Shown here piece after piece: positions 1 through 9,636 of a stretch of DNA of 64,000 nt (position 1 is its first letter; the number at the start of each line of letters is the position of its first letter). This DNA is from Deltaproteobacteria bacterium (GTDB lineage: Bacteria; Desulfobacterota; Desulfarculia; Adiutricales; Adiutricaceae). The translations under genes and the position numbers were made by a program. The notes under the pieces were generated by a model. The model was not told the origin of the DNA. It saw nothing but the letters and a program-made list of their open reading frames with translations, and searched no databases. The stretch spans positions 2,747 to 66,746 of the forward strand of contig JAISWF010000125.1 in assembly GCA_031271165.1 (NCBI GenBank), written 5' to 3'.

Positions 1-161
1 TTTATTTCCGGTTTGTTAAGTTCCTCAAGAACCAGGTTAACCGTCTTCTCCAAAGCCTGCCTGGCCTCTGATGGAGCTTGGGCCCAGACTGGGGAAGCGG
101 CCCAAAAAACCAACAAATAATAAATCGCTCCAATTAGGGTAGGAATTATAATAGGCCTCAT
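1..161 (-). CDS. 5' part of a secreted periplasmic protein, possibly the MlaC/Ttg2D-like component; the gene runs off the window
   Basis: Own minus-strand translation from the ATG at 161..159 gives MRPIIIPTLIGAIYYLLVFWAASPVWAQAPSEARQALEKTVNLVLEELNKPEI, which has a signal peptide. The ATG overlaps the mlaD stop (ATGA). Identity is inferred mainly from operon position. Confidence 0.4.
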   Translation of the reverse strand, partial: MRPIIIPTLIGAIYYLLVFWAASPVWAQAPSEARQALEKTVNLVLEELNKPEI

Positions 162-598
162 TTGACATCTCCAAATAAATATTTGCTTATTAATGACTCA
201 ATATCCAGACTGGATTGGGTATCAGAAATCTCCCCGCCTTCAGTGAGCAATGTCTCAGAGCCGCCAACCGAGACACTGACGTATTTGTCACCAATCAGGC
301 CGCTGGTCTTGATTGAAGCAATCGAATCGTCAGTTAACACGATATCATTATTAATAAGCAAATCCACTACGGCTAAAAAGTTATTGTTTAAAGTGATGCC
401 AGTAACTTTGCCGATGGGAACCCCGGAAATTTCAACACTGGCTCCGGTCTTCAAACCCGAGATTGAGGTAAATTTAGCCTGAACTGTATACCCATCGCTG
501 GAAAAAACTTCCAATTTTCCCAGTTTCACTGTCAAATAACCCAGGCAAGCCAAGCCAATGAGCATGAAAATCCCGACTGTAAATTCCAGCCTCTTCAT
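158..598 (-). CDS. mlaD: MlaD-like (MCE domain) outer-membrane lipid asymmetry protein
   Basis: ORF track 158..634. I prefer the internal start MKRLEFTVGIFMLIGLACLGYL (N-terminal TM anchor). The MCE-domain pattern GLKTGASVEISGVPIGKV is present, and the gene follows mlaE and mlaF. Confidence 0.8.
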   Translation of the reverse strand: MKRLEFTVGIFMLIGLACLGYLTVKLGKLEVFSSDGYTVQAKFTSISGLKTGASVEISGVPIGKVTGITLNNNFLAVVDLLINNDIVLTDDSIASIKTSGLIGDKYVSVSVGGSETLLTEGGEISDTQSSLDIESLISKYLFGDVK

Positions 599-654
599 AA
601 TTTTACCTTTATAAATGATATCTGTCGGCAACAACTAGACATACTATTAGTATT

Positions 655-1494
655 TTACGATCTATGAATAATATCCTTTAAAGAATCATACATCAGCTGC
701 CGGATGTTGTCGGGCAGACTTTTTTCCAGGGCTTCTTCTTGTTTATCGGAAGAAACTTTCCTTTCAATAAACTGGCGTAAAAACGGATCCTGGGTGTTTT
801 CAAGTCCTGAAAAATTTCCATTATAAGCGATATGGCCTTCATTGAGGACCACGACCTGGGCGGCTGTTTTGTGAACGCTGGCCAGATCATGACTGATGGA
901 AACTATGGTCATGGCTGGAAAACGCTCTTTCATGCTCAATAGGAGTTCATCCATCTTGGCCGCATTAATGGGGTCCAACCCAGAAGTTGGTTCATCGCAA
1001 AGAAGGATGGGCGGCTCGGCCACCAAAGCCCTGGCCAGGCCGACTCTTTTACGCATACCCCCGGACAGTTCAGTTGGGTAGAACTCGGCGTAATCGGCCA
1101 GATCGACTAAAGACAAATAGTAAAGAGCAATTTCCCGAATTGTTTTTTTGTTTAATTTAGTCAGCTCACTCAAACGAAGCCCGACATTTTCCGCAACTGT
1201 AAGCTGCCCCAACAGAGCTCCATCCTGAAACAATACTCCCATCGAGCCGCGCAATTTTTGGAAATCGCGGCCCGACTGGCTCCACAGACTTTTGCCCTCC
1301 AAAAATATTTCGCCGCTAAATGGTCTGTTAAGGCCGGTGATGTGCCTTAACAAGGTTGTTTTGCCGCCCCCAGAGCCGCCCAAAATTGCGACAATCCGGC
1401 CAGCGGGTATCTGCAGAGATATATTTTTGAGCACCACAAAGTTTCCGTAGCCCATGGTGCAATTTTTTAGTTCAATACTGAGCGGCTGTTCCAT
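655..1494 (-). CDS. mlaF: MlaF-like ABC transporter ATP-binding protein
   Basis: Walker A GGSGGGKTT, ABC signature LSGGMRKRVGLA and Walker B ILLCDEP. I prefer the start MEQPLSIELK, 6 nt after the mlaE stop, over the longer track ORF. Confidence 0.85.
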   Translation of the reverse strand: MEQPLSIELKNCTMGYGNFVVLKNISLQIPAGRIVAILGGSGGGKTTLLRHITGLNRPFSGEIFLEGKSLWSQSGRDFQKLRGSMGVLFQDGALLGQLTVAENVGLRLSELTKLNKKTIREIALYYLSLVDLADYAEFYPTELSGGMRKRVGLARALVAEPPILLCDEPTSGLDPINAAKMDELLLSMKERFPAMTIVSISHDLASVHKTAAQVVVLNEGHIAYNGNFSGLENTQDPFLRQFIERKVSSDKQEEALEKSLPDNIRQLMYDSLKDIIHRS

Positions 1495-1499
1495 GGCAA

Positions 1500-2360
1500 C
1501 TACATATGGAAAGAAGTAATAACGTAATCGAAAATTAAAATTAAGATGCACGACAAAACCACGGCTGAGGTAGTGGCGTTGCCGACCGCTTCAGCGCCCT
1601 TGCCGTCCAAGCGAAGATGCACAAAAAAACCCTTGTAGCAGCAAACCGTGACTACCAAAATGGCGAAAACGACTGCCTTAACCAGGCAACCCAGGACATC
1701 CCCCCAGACGACACTGCTGTTGATTCTGGAAAAATAAATGCCCGAACTCATGTCCAGCAGCAAAACGCCGGTGATGTATCCCCCAAATATACCCACTACG
1801 GCAAAAAGGGAAGTCAGAAGCGGAAAAGATATCAAAGAAGCAGTCAACCTTGGGGCAATCAAAAAATTCATTGGGTTTATGTTCATAACTTCAAGAGCAT
1901 CAATCTGATCGGTTATGCGCATAACGCCGATTTCGGCCGACATGGCCGAACCAGCCCGTCCGGTGACCATAATGGCAGTCAAAACTGGGGCTAGTTCTCT
2001 GATAAGACTTAAGGCCACCGCCGAGCCAAGAAAACCGGTTGAACCGAACTGACTTAAGGTGTGATACCCCTGAAGGCCAATAACCATACCGGTAAAGAGT
2101 CCAATTAAGATAATCAGAAAAAGTGAACCATAACCGATGGCCGCAATCTGGCGTAAAATTTTGGATATTTGGGAGGTAAAATTGACCATGGCCCTGAGCC
2201 CGCCGAACATAAACAAGGCCATCGCTCCGATTTCATTGATCAAAAAAACCACCAGACTCCCGATGGCGGCAATCAAGTCGGCGGTCTTTGACCCGGAAAC
2301 AGGCCTTTTCAGTTTCTTTTTGCAGTCGCTCATCAGCATTTCCACAATCGCAATAGTCAA
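1500..2360 (-). CDS. mlaE: MlaE-like ABC transporter permease
   Basis: 286-aa polytopic protein with the MlaE/Ttg2B-type pattern (ELAPVLTAIMVTGRAGSAMSAEIGVMRITDQIDALEVM). It lies directly upstream of mlaF. Confidence 0.85.
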   Translation of the reverse strand: MTIAIVEMLMSDCKKKLKRPVSGSKTADLIAAIGSLVVFLINEIGAMALFMFGGLRAMVNFTSQISKILRQIAAIGYGSLFLIILIGLFTGMVIGLQGYHTLSQFGSTGFLGSAVALSLIRELAPVLTAIMVTGRAGSAMSAEIGVMRITDQIDALEVMNINPMNFLIAPRLTASLISFPLLTSLFAVVGIFGGYITGVLLLDMSSGIYFSRINSSVVWGDVLGCLVKAVVFAILVVTVCCYKGFFVHLRLDGKGAEAVGNATTSAVVLSCILILIFDYVITSFHM

Positions 2361-3216
2361 CGACCTTTCGGTCGCCCCACTGCCCAGCTCCCAGCCGGCA
2401 GGTTACCAAGGCCGGGTTATTTAGCGCCTAGGGTTTCTCAGTTAGTTAATCCGCTTTAGCTTCGATCAAAAAGACTTTTTAGCTGGATTTGACCACTTCT
2501 GGAGAAACTGGCCTCACCAAGGCCGCTCTCAATTGACTCCATCGCCTCAGGCTGACCCTCATTATCTTTGATGGCTTAGGCAATTGCAACAATGAAGTCA
2601 ATTAAATGTAAATTGCATTTTATATGAAGGACAATGGGGAAGCAATATTAATCCAAACTGTGTCGCCAAAAAACCAATCTCAACCTTGATCAACCGTTTG
2701 AATGCAGAGGGGAAAAAATAATAAGCCTTGGTTTAAAGACCAGCCCAGTGTAGTAATATTTTTAGAGGAGGCTCATGGGCAAACTAAATCCATGGCTTTC
2801 TCGCCTTATCTCCTCAACCAATCAATAATAAACCTAAAAATAATCTATTGTAAAGCCCGGCAATTGAAGCCAGTTGCTCATTAGATCCTTTCAATTTACG
2901 ACTTAGAAAGAAATAAATCAATAAAAAAATAATTCCCCGGATCAGGCTCCAAAAAAAGGACTACGGAAAGGTCAGACCTTAAAAACTAAAAATTGGCTGG
3001 CTTTTAATTAATAGCCCAAGGCAGCCATCAATTTGTCAGCTGGCCTTTTGGGGCTTGTTAAAAGACCGCCAAACTTAGGCCAGGGTTGGCGCCTGACTTT
3101 TTAGTCTGGACTTTTCAGCAGTCTAAAGCTATATTTTAAATGGCCTCTATTTCTGCAGTCAGTTTAACCGCTCCACTGTCCTTTCACCGATTCATCCTAA
3201 TGACCAGGCATCTTTA

Positions 3217-3858
3217 ATGAAGTCCAAAAGTCAGCCATATTTACGGCCGCCTTGGAGCCTAATCTTTCTTTTTCTGTGGGGCTGCTTTTTCCTCTCCGGC
3301 TGCGCAGTTAAAGCCATTGTTAAAGAGCCTCAGCCGGTGGAGCTCAATTTAGAGCAGGTCCGGGCCGTTATTGAAAGCGGGGATTGGTTGGTCACCAGGG
3401 AAACCACAATTCCCGGCAATTTTTTTGGCACCCTCACCAACATGCCCTTTTCCCACGCCGCTGTCTATGACGCCGAAAACGACCAAGTCATTGAGTCCGA
3501 GCGCCATGGCGTCCACCAATCGACCTTGGAGGATTTTCTGGCCCGGGCCTCCCGGATCTGGGTCCTCAAACCGGTCTGGGCCACCCCTGAGACCAGGCCC
3601 TTAGTTGTGGCTCTGGCCCGCTCCCTGGTTGGCCGACCCTATGACTTTACCGGCCTGATTGGCCTAAACCTTGACGACCGATACTATTGCTCTGAATTGG
3701 TTATCAGCGTTTGGAAGCCTTTTATGGGTGACACCGTCACCAACACTATCCCGCCGGTGGTTGCCCCTGGCCAGCTCCATCACTGGGGCCGGGTTGTTTA
3801 CGATTCTATCGAAATCGGCTTGGGCCGAGTGCCAGACAAGACCCAAGAAAAGCCCTAA
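3217..3858 (+). CDS. Lipoprotein, YiiX/YaeF-like permuted papain-fold (NlpC/P60-related) hydrolase
   Basis: Lipobox FFLSGC. The His-before-Cys arrangement (PFSHAAVY ... RYYCSELV) is typical of the permuted papain-like YiiX family. Confidence 0.6.
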   Translation: MKSKSQPYLRPPWSLIFLFLWGCFFLSGCAVKAIVKEPQPVELNLEQVRAVIESGDWLVTRETTIPGNFFGTLTNMPFSHAAVYDAENDQVIESERHGVHQSTLEDFLARASRIWVLKPVWATPETRPLVVALARSLVGRPYDFTGLIGLNLDDRYYCSELVISVWKPFMGDTVTNTIPPVVAPGQLHHWGRVVYDSIEIGLGRVPDKTQEKP

Positions 3859-3946
3859 TCACGGAAATCTTTTTAACCCAAGTTTATCTTGCCAGCTTTT
3901 TTCGGGCCATATCTCAAAAAATTGATTCTTTCAAAGGAGACCACCA

Positions 3947-4381
3947 ATGTCAAACTCTGTTGCAACTAGTGCCAGAAATCAGTTTCCCGGAACTATTCAA
4001 GAAATCACCGCCAGCGAGGTCAATACCGAAGTTATTATAGATATCGGAGACGGCTCCAAACTGACCGCCATTATCACCAACTCCAGTGCCAAGGCTCTGG
4101 ACCTCAAACCAGGCAGCCAGGTCGTGGCCCTCTTTAAGGCCACCTGGGTAATTGTTTCAGTCGATACGGCCCTTAGGACCAGCGCCCGCAACCAGTTTAA
4201 GGGTAAAATTGTCAGCGCCAAACCTGGGGCGGTCAATGCTGAAATCATCATTGAAGTCCCCGGCGGTAATTTGATAACCGCCATCGTCACCAACGAGAGC
4301 TTCAGCACCTTGGCCCTCAAAGGGGGTCTTGAAGTGCTGGCCTTGGTCAAAGCCTCCCATGTGGTGATTGGGGTCAAATAA
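3947..4381 (+). CDS. Di-Mop/TOBE molybdate-binding (molbindin) protein
   Basis: Two tandem ~70-aa repeats each begin SARNQF(P/K)G.I (residues ~8 and ~79), the classic Mop/TOBE signature. SD-like AAAGGAG lies upstream. Confidence 0.8.
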   Translation: MSNSVATSARNQFPGTIQEITASEVNTEVIIDIGDGSKLTAIITNSSAKALDLKPGSQVVALFKATWVIVSVDTALRTSARNQFKGKIVSAKPGAVNAEIIIEVPGGNLITAIVTNESFSTLALKGGLEVLALVKASHVVIGVK

Positions 4382-4416
4382 CCTAAAGTCCTGGTCAGCC
4401 CCGCTTGAAAGTAAAT

Positions 4417-4434
4417 CAGGCTGCTTTCAGCCTG
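4417..4434 (+). terminator. Short stem-loop downstream of the mop gene (weak terminator candidate)
   Basis: CAGGCTG-cttt-CAGCCTG, a 7-bp stem 36 nt after the stop. There is no clear T-run. Confidence 0.3.
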
Positions 4435-4860
4435 GTTCAAGATTCAATCGGGGTTTGCCCTTGACCTTTTTTTACTTTGTTACCTTCTTAACAAGATAAC
4501 CAGATGACGGCCCTCATAAAACACCTCGTAAGGCTGGCGCCTAAAAAACTCTCCGAACATCGTTAATTATAGCCCAGCAGCCGGCTTCTAAAAAAAATAT
4601 TCAGTAATTCCGATGATTAGCCCCCAGACGTCCGTCAATAATTACCACATATTCTCATATTGCAGCCTCACTTCAGTTTGCTCCCTCCCCTTTAAGGCTC
4701 TTTTCCTTCCTCAACCTTGCCAAAAACCTCAATAATTCTTTACTTTAGCCTTTAATAGTCCAATCAAAAGCCCAGGCACCTTTTAATTTAATTTCCAATC
4801 GGGCCGGCAAATGTCTCATCATTTGATAACATAGCCCAGCCAACTCCAAAATTATGCCCC

Positions 4861-5302
4861 AGGCCCGATATCTGACAACGCCTGGAAAAATAATCTAAAA
4901 TTTTCCAGGCTTAGCTTTTTTATGCTTTTAGGCCATCGTCAGCTCAGTCAACTGTATTGACCACGCTCAGGCCCGGTACCTGACTCAAATTTAAAAATAA
5001 TCTAAATTTTTCCAGTCTTAGCTTGTTTAATGATTTAGGCTCTCCTCAGCTCAGTCAACTTTATTGCCCACCCTCAGACCCGATATCGGGCCCTCTTTTA
5101 AAAATAATCTAAAATTTTCCAGACTTAGCTTTTGTAATGATCTAGACCCTCGTCAGCTCAGTCAACTTTATTGGTACGCTCAGGCCCGATTTCTGACCCA
5201 CCCTTGAAAAATAATCTAAAAATTTCCTGGGTTAGCTTTTTAAAAATTTTAGACCATCGTCAGCTCAGTCAACTGTATTGGCTACGCTCAGGCCCGATTT
5301 CT
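4861..5302. repeat. Tandem array of four ~107-bp direct repeats plus the start of a fifth
   Basis: Units start at 4861, 4969, 5076, 5182 and (partial) 5290, giving periods of 108, 107, 106 and 108. Conserved blocks are AGGCCCGAT, AAAAATAATCTAAA(A/T)TTTTCC, CTTAGCT and TCAGCTCAGTCAACT(G/T)TATTG, interleaved with variable blocks. Confidence 0.9.
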
Positions 5303-6246
5303 AATTTTCATAAAATTAAGTCATTAATCAAAGACTAAAACATGTAATTTTATTTAATCAATATATATTATGTCTATTTACTACACATACAAAAGTTATC
5401 CCAATAATTATTTCCATATTTAAAATAATTCTCTGAACGTGTCCCGGCCAAAAAACACTGTTTAAGTACAAATTTTTACAATTTTAATGTTATAATTTTA
5501 CATAAAATGTACTGCAATACGTTTTTATATTTAAAAAAATCTCAAAATATTGAACTTTATCTGACCGGCTCCAGTTGGCAGTTGGCAGTTTGTCATTTAA
5601 GTGTTGCTTTTTTTCTGGTACATTGATAAAATAAAAACCTGACAAAACAACACCACTCCACCAAAAAAAAATTTTTAGTAATTGCAAGTCCTTTGGCTTC
5701 TAGCGGCCAGGAACTTTTTGTCAAAAGAAAGTGTCAACCCCCCTTTCGAGCAAATGTAGCGGGATTTGACATCTTTGACTGCCCAGGCCGGCTTTAACGG
5801 AACGCTTTCCGAACGAGCTGGCAAATTGGGGTCCACAGCTGATTAAGAGCCACAAAATAAAGATTTTTTTTGAGCGCCCAACCCGGAGTAAAAAGGGCGG
5901 CCGCCAAAACTTGACCGAAATTTGACTGCCTCATAGCTGTCAAGACAAATTACTACTTTTAGACTCTGTTCGAATTATTTATTCAGCTAATTACAAATAA
6001 ACTTATAAATACGTATTAACTAAATTTTTTGGTCCGTTTATTCACACATTGCACAAAACTTAACACATATTGTTCAAGCAAAAATTTAACTTTTTTGCTT
6101 ACGTTATAGTTATATTTAAATATCAATTTATAAAATTTAGTCTAAATTTGCTCTTAAAATTAAATTACTGATTTTTACACATAAATAACCGTATTAAAAT
6201 TTACTAATTTTGCTTTAATGTTTAATTTATAGATTTTTATTCGATA

Positions 6247-6266
6247 TTTTGCATTACCATGCAAAA
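6247..6266. promoter_or_regulatory. Perfect inverted repeat (candidate operator) upstream of the lactate permease gene
   Basis: TTTTGCAT-tacc-ATGCAAAA, with 8-bp perfect arms, 130 bp upstream of the lctP ATG. Confidence 0.3.
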
Positions 6267-6395
6267 ACAGCATAATTATTATTTTTTAATTTTGTCTATT
6301 AGCTAATCAGCTGCTTTAACCTGATCGAGGTCCCGTCAAGATGACGGTTCCGTATTTTTTCATTCACCGCCAGCGGCAATACCAAGGAGTTAAAC

Positions 6396-8108
6396 ATGTC
6401 CACTACTGCCTACGCCTTTCTGGCTTTGATTCCAATCCTGGTCGCCTTGATTTTGATGGTCGGCCTTAGACTGGGGGCAATGAAAGCCATGCCTTTAGCT
6501 TGGCTTTCCTGTGTCATCATCGCATTACTTGCGTGGCACCTTCCATTTAAGTACGTCATAGCCTTGAGCCTCAACGGAGTTGTCAGTGCTGTCGGGGTTC
6601 TAATCATCGTTTTCGGGGCCCTTTTGATCCTTCATACTCTCCAGTATTCAGGAGCCATGGAAACTATCCAGTATGGTATGCAAGGCATCAGCCGCGACAT
6701 GCGCGTTCAAGGAATCATCATTGGTTTCATGTTTGGGGCCTTCATTGAAGGCGCCGCCGGTTTTGGGACTCCCGCTGCCTTGGCCGCACCCCTTCTTTTG
6801 TCTTTAGGATTTCCGCCATTTGCCGCTGCCGTTTTGTGTCTGGTTTTCAACTCTTTTTGTGTTACTTTCGGCGCAGTCGGCACCCCACTTTTAGTTGGCT
6901 TTGGCGCCTCTCTTAAAGAAGTCATTACGGCCACTGTTAATTCCGGCCAAATATCATCTTATGACGCCTTTATGAAAGCCTCCGGGGAGACGGCGACCTT
7001 AATGCATGCCCCCATGGCCATTTTCCTGGCCATTTTCATGTTGGGTTTCATCACCCGATATTACGGCCCCAAACGCTCTTGGAAAGAAGGCTTTGCCGCT
7101 TGGAAATTCGCCCTTTTTTCGGCCCTGGCCTTTGTTATACCCTACCTGCTCCTGGCTTGGCTGATCGGACCTGAACTTCCCTCCCTGGTTGGCGCTCTGA
7201 TTGGTTTGGCCATCGTCATAGTTGCCGCCAAAAAAGGCATTTGTGTTCCCAAAGATGTCTGGACTTTTGGACCGGCCGATAAGTGGGATCCGTCCTGGAC
7301 CGGGACCATTAACTTCGGCGGCAAAACCGAGTTCAAACCCCATATGAGCCAATTTATGGCTTGGTTGCCTTATGTCTTGATCGGCGCCCTTTTGGTTGTC
7401 ACCCGCATTAATTCCATCGGCCTCAAAGGCTGGCTCAGTACCCACGGGGTTATCCGCTTCAAAGAAATCCTCGGATACTCCAACGTTAACGACCAGTTAC
7501 AGCTGTTGTACCTGCCAGGGACTATTCCCTTTATCCTGGTGGCCCTTTTGACCATCGTCCTCCACAAGATGTCCGGTCCCAAAGCCACCAAAGCTTGGCG
7601 GGATACTTTCTTGAAAATGAAAGCTCCGACCATTTCTCTAATTGCCTCCGTCGCTCTGGTCAAGATTTTTCAAGGTTCAAGCGTCAACCCCGCCTTGGCC
7701 GCCGGAGCGGTCGCCCTTGACTCCATGCCGCTGACCATGGCTAAAACCATGGCCGCTATTGTCGGCTCGGCCTGGCCCATGGTCGCCTCATTCGCCGGAG
7801 GGTTGGGTGCCTTTATCACCGGCTCCAACACTGTCTCCAACATGCTCTTTGGTCTCTTCCAGTGGGATTTGGCCGGACAACTTGGCGTTTCACGCTTATT
7901 GGTTGTCTCGGCTCAAGCCGTTGGCGGGGCCATGGGTAACATGATCTGCATCCATAACATCGTGGCCGTCTGCTCGGTGGTGGGACTGTCAAACCGCGAA
8001 GGCGAGATTTTCAAAAAGACTTTCATCCCGTTCATTATCTACGGTCTCGTTGTCGGAATCATCGTGTGGATTCTTTTGGCTTCCGGCAAATTTCCGTTTG
8101 CCTATTAA
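6396..8108 (+). CDS. lctP: L-lactate permease (LctP/LldP family)
   Basis: 570-aa, very hydrophobic multi-TM protein with an LctP-type N-terminus ([27 protein letters not shown]). SD AAGGAG lies upstream, and lactate dehydrogenase genes follow immediately. Confidence 0.9.
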   Translation: MSTTAYAFLALIPILVALILMVGLRLGAMKAMPLAWLSCVIIALLAWHLPFKYVIALSLNGVVSAVGVLIIVFGALLILHTLQYSGAMETIQYGMQGISRDMRVQGIIIGFMFGAFIEGAAGFGTPAALAAPLLLSLGFPPFAAAVLCLVFNSFCVTFGAVGTPLLVGFGASLKEVITATVNSGQISSYDAFMKASGETATLMHAPMAIFLAIFMLGFITRYYGPKRSWKEGFAAWKFALFSALAFVIPYLLLAWLIGPELPSLVGALIGLAIVIVAAKKGICVPKDVWTFGPADKWDPSWTGTINFGGKTEFKPHMSQFMAWLPYVLIGALLVVTRINSIGLKGWLSTHGVIRFKEILGYSNVNDQLQLLYLPGTIPFILVALLTIVLHKMSGPKATKAWRDTFLKMKAPTISLIASVALVKIFQGSSVNPALAAGAVALDSMPLTMAKTMAAIVGSAWPMVASFAGGLGAFITGSNTVSNMLFGLFQWDLAGQLGVSRLLVVSAQAVGGAMGNMICIHNIVAVCSVVGLSNREGEIFKKTFIPFIIYGLVVGIIVWILLASGKFPFAY

Positions 8109-8115
8109 CCTGTTT

Positions 8116-8142
8116 GGGGCTGGTATGGACCAGCCCCTTTTT
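8116..8142 (+). terminator. Rho-independent terminator or attenuator after lctP
   Basis: GGGGCTGG-tatgga-CCAGCCCC followed by TTTTT, beginning 8 nt after the lctP stop. Confidence 0.6.
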
Positions 8143-8157
8143 AATATCCTTAAAAAC

Positions 8158-8185
8158 CACGGCCGCCGCCCAGGCGGCGGCCGTG
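8158..8185 (+). other. Second GC-rich 12-bp hairpin in the lctP-glcD spacer
   Basis: CACGGCCGCCGC-ccag-GCGGCGGCCGTG. No T-run follows. Confidence 0.4.
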
Positions 8186-8239
8186 ACTACCTTTTACCAT
8201 GACGAATGTACCAATTAATTTAATTCTGGAGAATTTTTA

Positions 8240-9628
8240 ATGCCTATCAGCTCCAACCTCATTGCGGAGTTTAAAAACCTCTTGGGACCGGAAAATGTCT
8301 TGACAGAGGAAACAGATCGGCTGTCTTACGCTTACGACGCCGCTGTCCTCAAACAAGTCACCCCTGGCTTGGTGGTAATGCCCGATAACGAAGAACGCCT
8401 GGGGCGCACTGTCAAGCTAGCCTACGACAATTCCCTTCCCATTACCGTACGCGGAAGCGGCACCAACCTTTCTGGAGCTGTCATCCCCGATTCTTCCGAC
8501 ACGGTAGTCATATTAACCAACAAGCTCAACAAAATCTTGGAAATCAATCTCGAAGATCTTTACGCCGTCGTTGAACCCGGTGTTTTAACGGCCAAATTTG
8601 CCAACGCCGTGGCCGCCAAGGGTCTTTTTTACCCGCCTGATCCAGGTTCTCAGGCCGTCTCAACCCTGGCTGGCAACGTAGCCTTAAACGCTGGGGGCCT
8701 TAGAGGTCTAAAATACGGGGTGACTAAAGATTACCTGATGGGGGTCGAATTTTTTGATCACAATGGCGAATTGGTCAAAACCGGTTCCCGTACCGTCAAA
8801 TGCGTCACCGGTTACAACCTCGGCGGCATGATGGTCAGCAGCGAAGGGACTTTGGGCATTTTTTCCAAGCTCATTTTTAAACTTGTCCCACCACCAAAGG
8901 CTTCCCAGGCCATGATGGCCGTTTACGACACTGTTGAAGGGGCCTCTGAAACGGTAGCTGCCATCATCGCCGCTCACATTCTGCCCTGTACCCTGGAATT
9001 TTTGGATCAAAAATGCATCCGGGTGGTAGAGGCCAACTCAAAAATCGGTCTCCCCACTGAAGCGGCGGCTATTTTGTTAATCGAAGTCGACGGCAGTCAC
9101 CAAGCCGGGGTCGATGAGGATGCAGCCAAGGTCAAAGAGCTATGCGCCAAATGCGGTTCCAAGAATATCCAGGTAGCCCGGGACGCCGAGGAAAAAAACA
9201 AAATCTGGGAAGCCAGACGCAATGCCCTGCCTTCCTTGGCCCGAGCCAAACCGACCACCGTTTTAGAGGATGCCACCGTCCCCAGATCCAAAATACCAGC
9301 CATGGTCTCCGAGCTTAACCGCATTGCCAGCAAGTATAAGCTGGAAATGGGGACCTTCGGTCATGCCGGAGACGGCAACCTCCACCCGACCATCTTGACT
9401 GACCGCCGCAATGAAGAGGAATTTAAGAGAGTCGAAGATGCGGTCGACGAAATTTTTGATGTCGCTTTGTCTCTCCAGGGAACCCTTTCCGGGGAACACG
9501 GCATCGGGATTGCCAAGGCCAAATGGATGGTCAAAGAGACTAACAAAGCGACCATCGAATTTTCCAAACGGCTACGGACGGCTCTAGACCCCAAATACCT
9601 GTTTAACGCCGGCAAAAAAATAATTTAG
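8240..9628 (+). CDS. FAD-linked oxidase, GlcD-like subunit of D-lactate dehydrogenase / glycolate oxidase family
   Basis: FAD-binding PCMH-type region (ITVRGSGTNLSGA) and a C-terminal FAD-oxidase region (GTLSGEHGIGIAK). Context is between the lactate permease and an Fe-S/CCG partner. Confidence 0.85.
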   Translation: MPISSNLIAEFKNLLGPENVLTEETDRLSYAYDAAVLKQVTPGLVVMPDNEERLGRTVKLAYDNSLPITVRGSGTNLSGAVIPDSSDTVVILTNKLNKILEINLEDLYAVVEPGVLTAKFANAVAAKGLFYPPDPGSQAVSTLAGNVALNAGGLRGLKYGVTKDYLMGVEFFDHNGELVKTGSRTVKCVTGYNLGGMMVSSEGTLGIFSKLIFKLVPPPKASQAMMAVYDTVEGASETVAAIIAAHILPCTLEFLDQKCIRVVEANSKIGLPTEAAAILLIEVDGSHQAGVDEDAAKVKELCAKCGSKNIQVARDAEEKNKIWEARRNALPSLARAKPTTVLEDATVPRSKIPAMVSELNRIASKYKLEMGTFGHAGDGNLHPTILTDRRNEEEFKRVEDAVDEIFDVALSLQGTLSGEHGIGIAKAKWMVKETNKATIEFSKRLRTALDPKYLFNAGKKII

Positions 9629-9636
9629 GTGTCTCT

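Noticed and set aside
3859-3946. Possible molybdenum-cofactor riboswitch upstream of the mop gene.
   Set aside because: The spacer is only 88 nt, shorter than the Moco RNA motif, and I could not find its conserved stems.
4861-5302. Possibility that the tandem ~107-bp repeats are a CRISPR array.
   Set aside because: The units are contiguous with no unique spacers of regular size. The repeat length is far above the CRISPR range. There is no palindromic repeat core conserved in all units, and no cas genes are present in the window.
5575-5595. Sigma-54-like TGGCA duplication (TTGGCAGTTGGCAGTTTG) in the AT-rich desert.
   Set aside because: The GG/GC spacing does not fit TGGCAC-n5-TTGC in any register, so it is probably a chance direct repeat.
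5490-5687. A 65-aa minus-strand ORF in the AT-rich block, and the similar 75-aa ORF at 50250-50477.
   Set aside because: Both are encoded entirely by extremely AT-rich DNA. Their translations are dominated by Lys/Asn/Ile/Phe/Tyr, there is no SD, and I see no motifs. They are most likely non-coding.
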